From positions 1 to 58,895 of IMG/VR virus record IMGVR_UViG_3300013006_000001: a stretch of DNA of 58,895 nt. The stretch is one strand, 5' to 3'. Each line of letters opens with the position of its first letter. Position 1 is the stretch's first letter. Below, piece by piece: positions 55,755 through 58,895 of this stretch. The stretch comes from a virus. Taxonomy: Duplodnaviria; Caudoviricetes. Position numbers and translations under genes: made by a program. The notes under the pieces are model-generated. The model did not search any database, was not told where the DNA came from, and worked only from the letters and a program-made list of their open reading frames with translations.

Positions 55755-56125
55755 GAGCAGCGATTGCAAAGGAGTGGGCCGACTCACTCCGCAGTGGTGA
55801 GTACAAGCAGGGCAAGCATGTCCTGCGGAGCGAAGGCAGCTTCTGTTGCTTGGGTGTGCTTTGTGACATCTACCGAACCAAAGCCTCAGGTGGCTGGAAT
55901 GGCATTCGATTCGTTGCTTTCGATGGGACCAGCAGCGAAATTGAACTGCCGCTGGCTGTGAGGACATGGGCTGGAATGCAGTCATCCAACCCGGTCAATC
56001 CTAAGCTGTTCCTTGAGGAGTCAAGGGGTCAGGGCCTTCCTGCCACCTTGTCCGACATGAACGACGAAGGTGCGACATTCGAGGAAATCGCTGATTTGAT
56101 TGACAGTTGCCACGAAACTTTCTAG
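55751..56125 (+). CDS. Conserved phage hypothetical protein, paralogue 2
   Basis: Same motifs as 55365..55754. Confidence 0.8.
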   Translation: MRAAIAKEWADSLRSGEYKQGKHVLRSEGSFCCLGVLCDIYRTKASGGWNGIRFVAFDGTSSEIELPLAVRTWAGMQSSNPVNPKLFLEESRGQGLPATLSDMNDEGATFEEIADLIDSCHETF

Positions 56126-56133
56126 GAGGGCCT

Positions 56134-56895
56134 ATGTGCCTAGCAGTGTATAAGCCCAAAGGTATAGTCCTACCATGGGACTACTACCAGAACGGCTGGG
56201 ACAACAACTCGCACGGTGCGGGTTTTGCTGTTGTCAATGACGGTACCCTTCTGGTCAGGAAGGGGTTCTTCAAGTTCGATGATTTCTGGCGGGAGTTTCA
56301 GCAGCATGAGCACAAGCAGGCAGTGATTCACTTCCGATATGCGACTCATGGTGCTCAGAATCATACCAACTGCCACCCCTTTGCGGTGAGTGACGGTTTG
56401 GTGATGGTTCACAATGGGATTCTGGACATTGCATGCAGCAATCCCAAGCTGTCCGACACGTGGCACTACGTCGATGAGGTGCTGACGCCGATGGCAAAGC
56501 GTGACCCTGACTTCTTCCTCCACAACGAGGTGGCATTCATGGGCGGTGCAGCCATCAGGGGCAGCAAGTTCATCTTCCTGCGTGCGGATGGCGAGTGGCG
56601 TATCTGGAACGAGGACGCAGGCGAGGAGTCGGATGGTGCTTGGTTCTCCAACACCACCTACAAGTCTGCCCGTGCAAAGTCTTACTGGTGGCACAAGAAG
56701 GATGAACCCATCGTCCTGTGCGATGAGCCAGATGGCGAGTCTGTCTACTACCAGTACCTAGACGGTGCCGAGAAGTGGCAGTACGAGGACCTCATCAAGG
56801 CTGGCTACACAATCAGTGAGATTGACGATTACATTGACACCGAGGGAACAGAAGTATTAGGCGAGCTTCTCGCCACAACCGAGGAGGAGATATGA
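56134..56895 (+). CDS. Class II (Ntn) glutamine amidotransferase
   Basis: Met-Cys start, NSHGAG, IHFRYATHG, NCHPF, HNGIL, SDT. Confidence 0.9.
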   Translation: MCLAVYKPKGIVLPWDYYQNGWDNNSHGAGFAVVNDGTLLVRKGFFKFDDFWREFQQHEHKQAVIHFRYATHGAQNHTNCHPFAVSDGLVMVHNGILDIACSNPKLSDTWHYVDEVLTPMAKRDPDFFLHNEVAFMGGAAIRGSKFIFLRADGEWRIWNEDAGEESDGAWFSNTTYKSARAKSYWWHKKDEPIVLCDEPDGESVYYQYLDGAEKWQYEDLIKAGYTISEIDDYIDTEGTEVLGELLATTEEEI

Positions 56896-58247
56896 ACACG
56901 ACCGAAGAGACTGTCGAGTGCCACGACGGCACAGTCCAGCCCACTGCGATGTGTGTGGAGATGGCCACCGGCGAGTGGGCGCCAGTCATCGACTGCCTGC
57001 GGGCACATGACGGCACATGGTTTCTTGATGGTGACGATGACTACATCCAGACCGGCAGTGAGGAGTGGGCACTCCGGGCAGACTGTGTCGAGTGCTACAG
57101 TGGAGACTGGAACCTGACAGTCAACTGCCTTGAGGACTGGGCCGGCAACTACTTCCTTGATGGCGACGATGACTACGTCGAGATCACAAGGGGTAGGCAT
57201 CGCCATGACTACGCCCACACAGATGATGTGGTCTACTACGAGGGCGGTTACATCCTCTCAGAGGACTGCACTTCCTGCGACGATTGCGGGGAGTCAATCC
57301 CAGACAACGACCTTGAGAGGGTGGAGAACGGCGGCCATGTGTGCCCGTCTTGTGTCAGCGACAACTACTACGGCTGCGACACCTGCGGTGACCTTGTCCA
57401 CAGCGACAACGTCCACAGCACCGATGACGGCACGTACTGCGAGGAGTGCTGCCCAGAACCAGAGGAGGCCGATAACGGCAACGCTGTGATCAAGAGCTAC
57501 TCAGACAAGTCTTCCATCAGCCTGCCGTCAGAGTCTAAGGACCTCCTGCAGTATGGCCTTGAGCTTGAGGTCGAAGGCCAGTCACACTGCAGCCGACTTG
57601 ACGCTGCCAACTGGGTGCGGACTCATCTCCCGGCCAGCTACGCAGTCTTCAAGGAGGACGGCTCACTCGGCAGCAAGGGCTTCGAGATTGTGACACGCTG
57701 GGATTCCGGCGAGGTTCACAAGCGTGAGTTCGACAAGATGCTGACCGACAGCCCGGGCAGGCATATCACAAGCTGGAGGTCTGGCGACTGCGGCATGCAC
57801 ATCCATGTACGCAAGAGGGCACTGACCGGCCTGCAGATTGGCAAGATGCTCTGCTTCATCAACAGCCCAGACAACCGCGAGTTTGTCGAGCGGGTTGCTG
57901 GCCGTGCAAGCAATGAATACAGCCTGCTCAAGCCAGACAAGAAGGTTGGCGACGGCGGCAAGCGTAGCGTGGACCGGCGTGAAGCACTCAATGTGACCAG
58001 TTTCTCTTGCGAGTTCCGCATCTTTCGCGGCACGCTCAAGCGAGAAAGCTGGCACAAGAATCTGGAATTTGTGCAGGCTCTCGTCGAGTTCTGCCAGCCC
58101 GCTGACCGTTCGATTCACGAAGCTGTGCGGTTCGACAAGTTTGTCGAGTGGGTTCAGCCACAGCACAAGAAGTACCCCAACCTCCATGCTTGGATGGTGG
58201 GCAAAGGTTACGCAGTCGCACCCAAGGAAGGAAGGAAGCCTGAATGA
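56892..58247 (+). CDS. Amidoligase (COOH-NH2 ligase) with acidic Cys-rich N-terminal repeats
   Basis: GLELEVE, KEDGSL, GFEIVT, CGMHIHV, EFRIFRGT; CxxC pairs and FLDGDDDY repeats. Confidence 0.88.
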   Translation: MNTTEETVECHDGTVQPTAMCVEMATGEWAPVIDCLRAHDGTWFLDGDDDYIQTGSEEWALRADCVECYSGDWNLTVNCLEDWAGNYFLDGDDDYVEITRGRHRHDYAHTDDVVYYEGGYILSEDCTSCDDCGESIPDNDLERVENGGHVCPSCVSDNYYGCDTCGDLVHSDNVHSTDDGTYCEECCPEPEEADNGNAVIKSYSDKSSISLPSESKDLLQYGLELEVEGQSHCSRLDAANWVRTHLPASYAVFKEDGSLGSKGFEIVTRWDSGEVHKREFDKMLTDSPGRHITSWRSGDCGMHIHVRKRALTGLQIGKMLCFINSPDNREFVERVAGRASNEYSLLKPDKKVGDGGKRSVDRREALNVTSFSCEFRIFRGTLKRESWHKNLEFVQALVEFCQPADRSIHEAVRFDKFVEWVQPQHKKYPNLHAWMVGKGYAVAPKEGRKPE

Positions 58248-58681
58248 AGATCAGAGTGCGGTTCCACTTAGGAAAGGGCAAGCACTTCCGCAAGTGGCAG
58301 ATCAAGGGCAAGGATTCTGAGGGCAAGTTGCTGAAGACCAGCTACTTCCCTCCAGAGGGCAGCACCATCGTGATGCACGGCTGCAAGCTGGTGGTCCGAG
58401 AACGTGCAGCCCAGAAGATTCATGCCGGCGCGAACAAGTCCGTGTGTGCATGGGTTGAGTGCGACGGCATCGCCGTCTCTACCCTGCGAGATGTACCCGG
58501 CAAGGTGGTGGGTGTGCTGTCCTTCAACCCAAGGAAGAACTCTCACTGGACGATGACAAGCAGTCAACATAAGTTGCTTGCTTGTGCGATTGAGAAGAAC
58601 CAGAGATTCGCTACGCTGGTCACCCTTGACCGGCAGATACTTGTGATTGCAACCCCAGAAAAGGAGATTGCCAGTGAGTAA
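58244..58681 (+). CDS. Hypothetical protein
   Basis: ATGA-coupled; FHLGKG..WQIK...NKSVCAW. Confidence 0.75.
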   Translation: MKIRVRFHLGKGKHFRKWQIKGKDSEGKLLKTSYFPPEGSTIVMHGCKLVVRERAAQKIHAGANKSVCAWVECDGIAVSTLRDVPGKVVGVLSFNPRKNSHWTMTSSQHKLLACAIEKNQRFATLVTLDRQILVIATPEKEIASE

Positions 58682-58895
58682 GGCAAAGAAGCCTCGACTG
58701 AAGAGGCTTGTTCCCGAGAAGCCTGACAGTCAGGTGCTGACAAAGGCAGAGTTGAACCTTCTGCGGCCCAGTAGGTATGGCTACATGATGCTGGTCATCG
58801 GCAACAACAACAGTTGGGGCCGTGGGATCAGCGGCAAGGAGGCTTACGTCAACTGCGGAAAGCCAACTGAATGGATTGTGTATCAGGTCTACCCA
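58674..58895 (+). CDS. 5' part of junction-spanning hypothetical protein
   Basis: GTG AGT AAG GCA...; continues in frame into 13..327. Confidence 0.8.
   Translation, partial: MSKAKKPRLKRLVPEKPDSQVLTKAELNLLRPSRYGYMMLVIGNNNSWGRGISGKEAYVNCGKPTEWIVYQVYP
58773..58895. repeat. Terminal direct repeat, right copy
   Basis: Identical to 1-123. Confidence 0.97.

Noticed and set aside
58773-58895. Terminal repeat as a biological DTR
   Set aside because: It falls in the middle of a gene and has a k-mer-like length; more likely an assembly overlap of a circular contig.
1-58895. tRNA or rRNA genes
   Set aside because: No cloverleaf/T-loop context or rRNA-like sequence recognised by eye; tRNAscan/Aragorn would be needed to exclude them fully.

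Overview
The window is an apparently complete, circularly permuted dsDNA tailed-phage genome of about 58,772 bp. Bases 1-123 repeat exactly at 58773-58895, and one ORF reads through the join. It is podovirus-like: terminase, portal, scaffold, capsid, adaptor/nozzle, short fibres and ejection proteins are present, with no tape measure or sheath. The + strand arm (about 54.3 kb through the join to 5.8 kb) carries early/accessory genes: class II glutamine amidotransferase plus amidoligase, DUF932, a repeat-bounded mosaic cassette, DUF1599 and a serine recombinase. The - strand arm carries the late structural genes (52.1 to 17.4 kb) and a recombination/replication operon (RecE-like, ERF, SSB, split SF2 helicase, several nucleases). 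It also carries a late cassette of membrane proteins plus subtilisin and papain-like proteases where a lysis module is expected, ending in a phage sigma factor. Most interesting observations: (i) a block of stand-alone 'polyvalent-protein' domains and other head-region proteins share an N-terminal acidic-x-IRxL motif, a candidate capsid cargo-targeting system; (ii) a protease-based lysis cassette with no recognisable endolysin; (iii) a G(A/G)CA(C/T/G)T-N4-6-G(T/C)A late-promoter motif before six late transcription units; (iv) a ~360-nt structured non-coding transcript with its own sigma70-type promoter; (v) a split helicase beside a terminator whose loop is anti-Shine-Dalgarno. All family assignments come from motif recognition by eye; no searches were run. 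A Planctomycetota host is only a weak inference.
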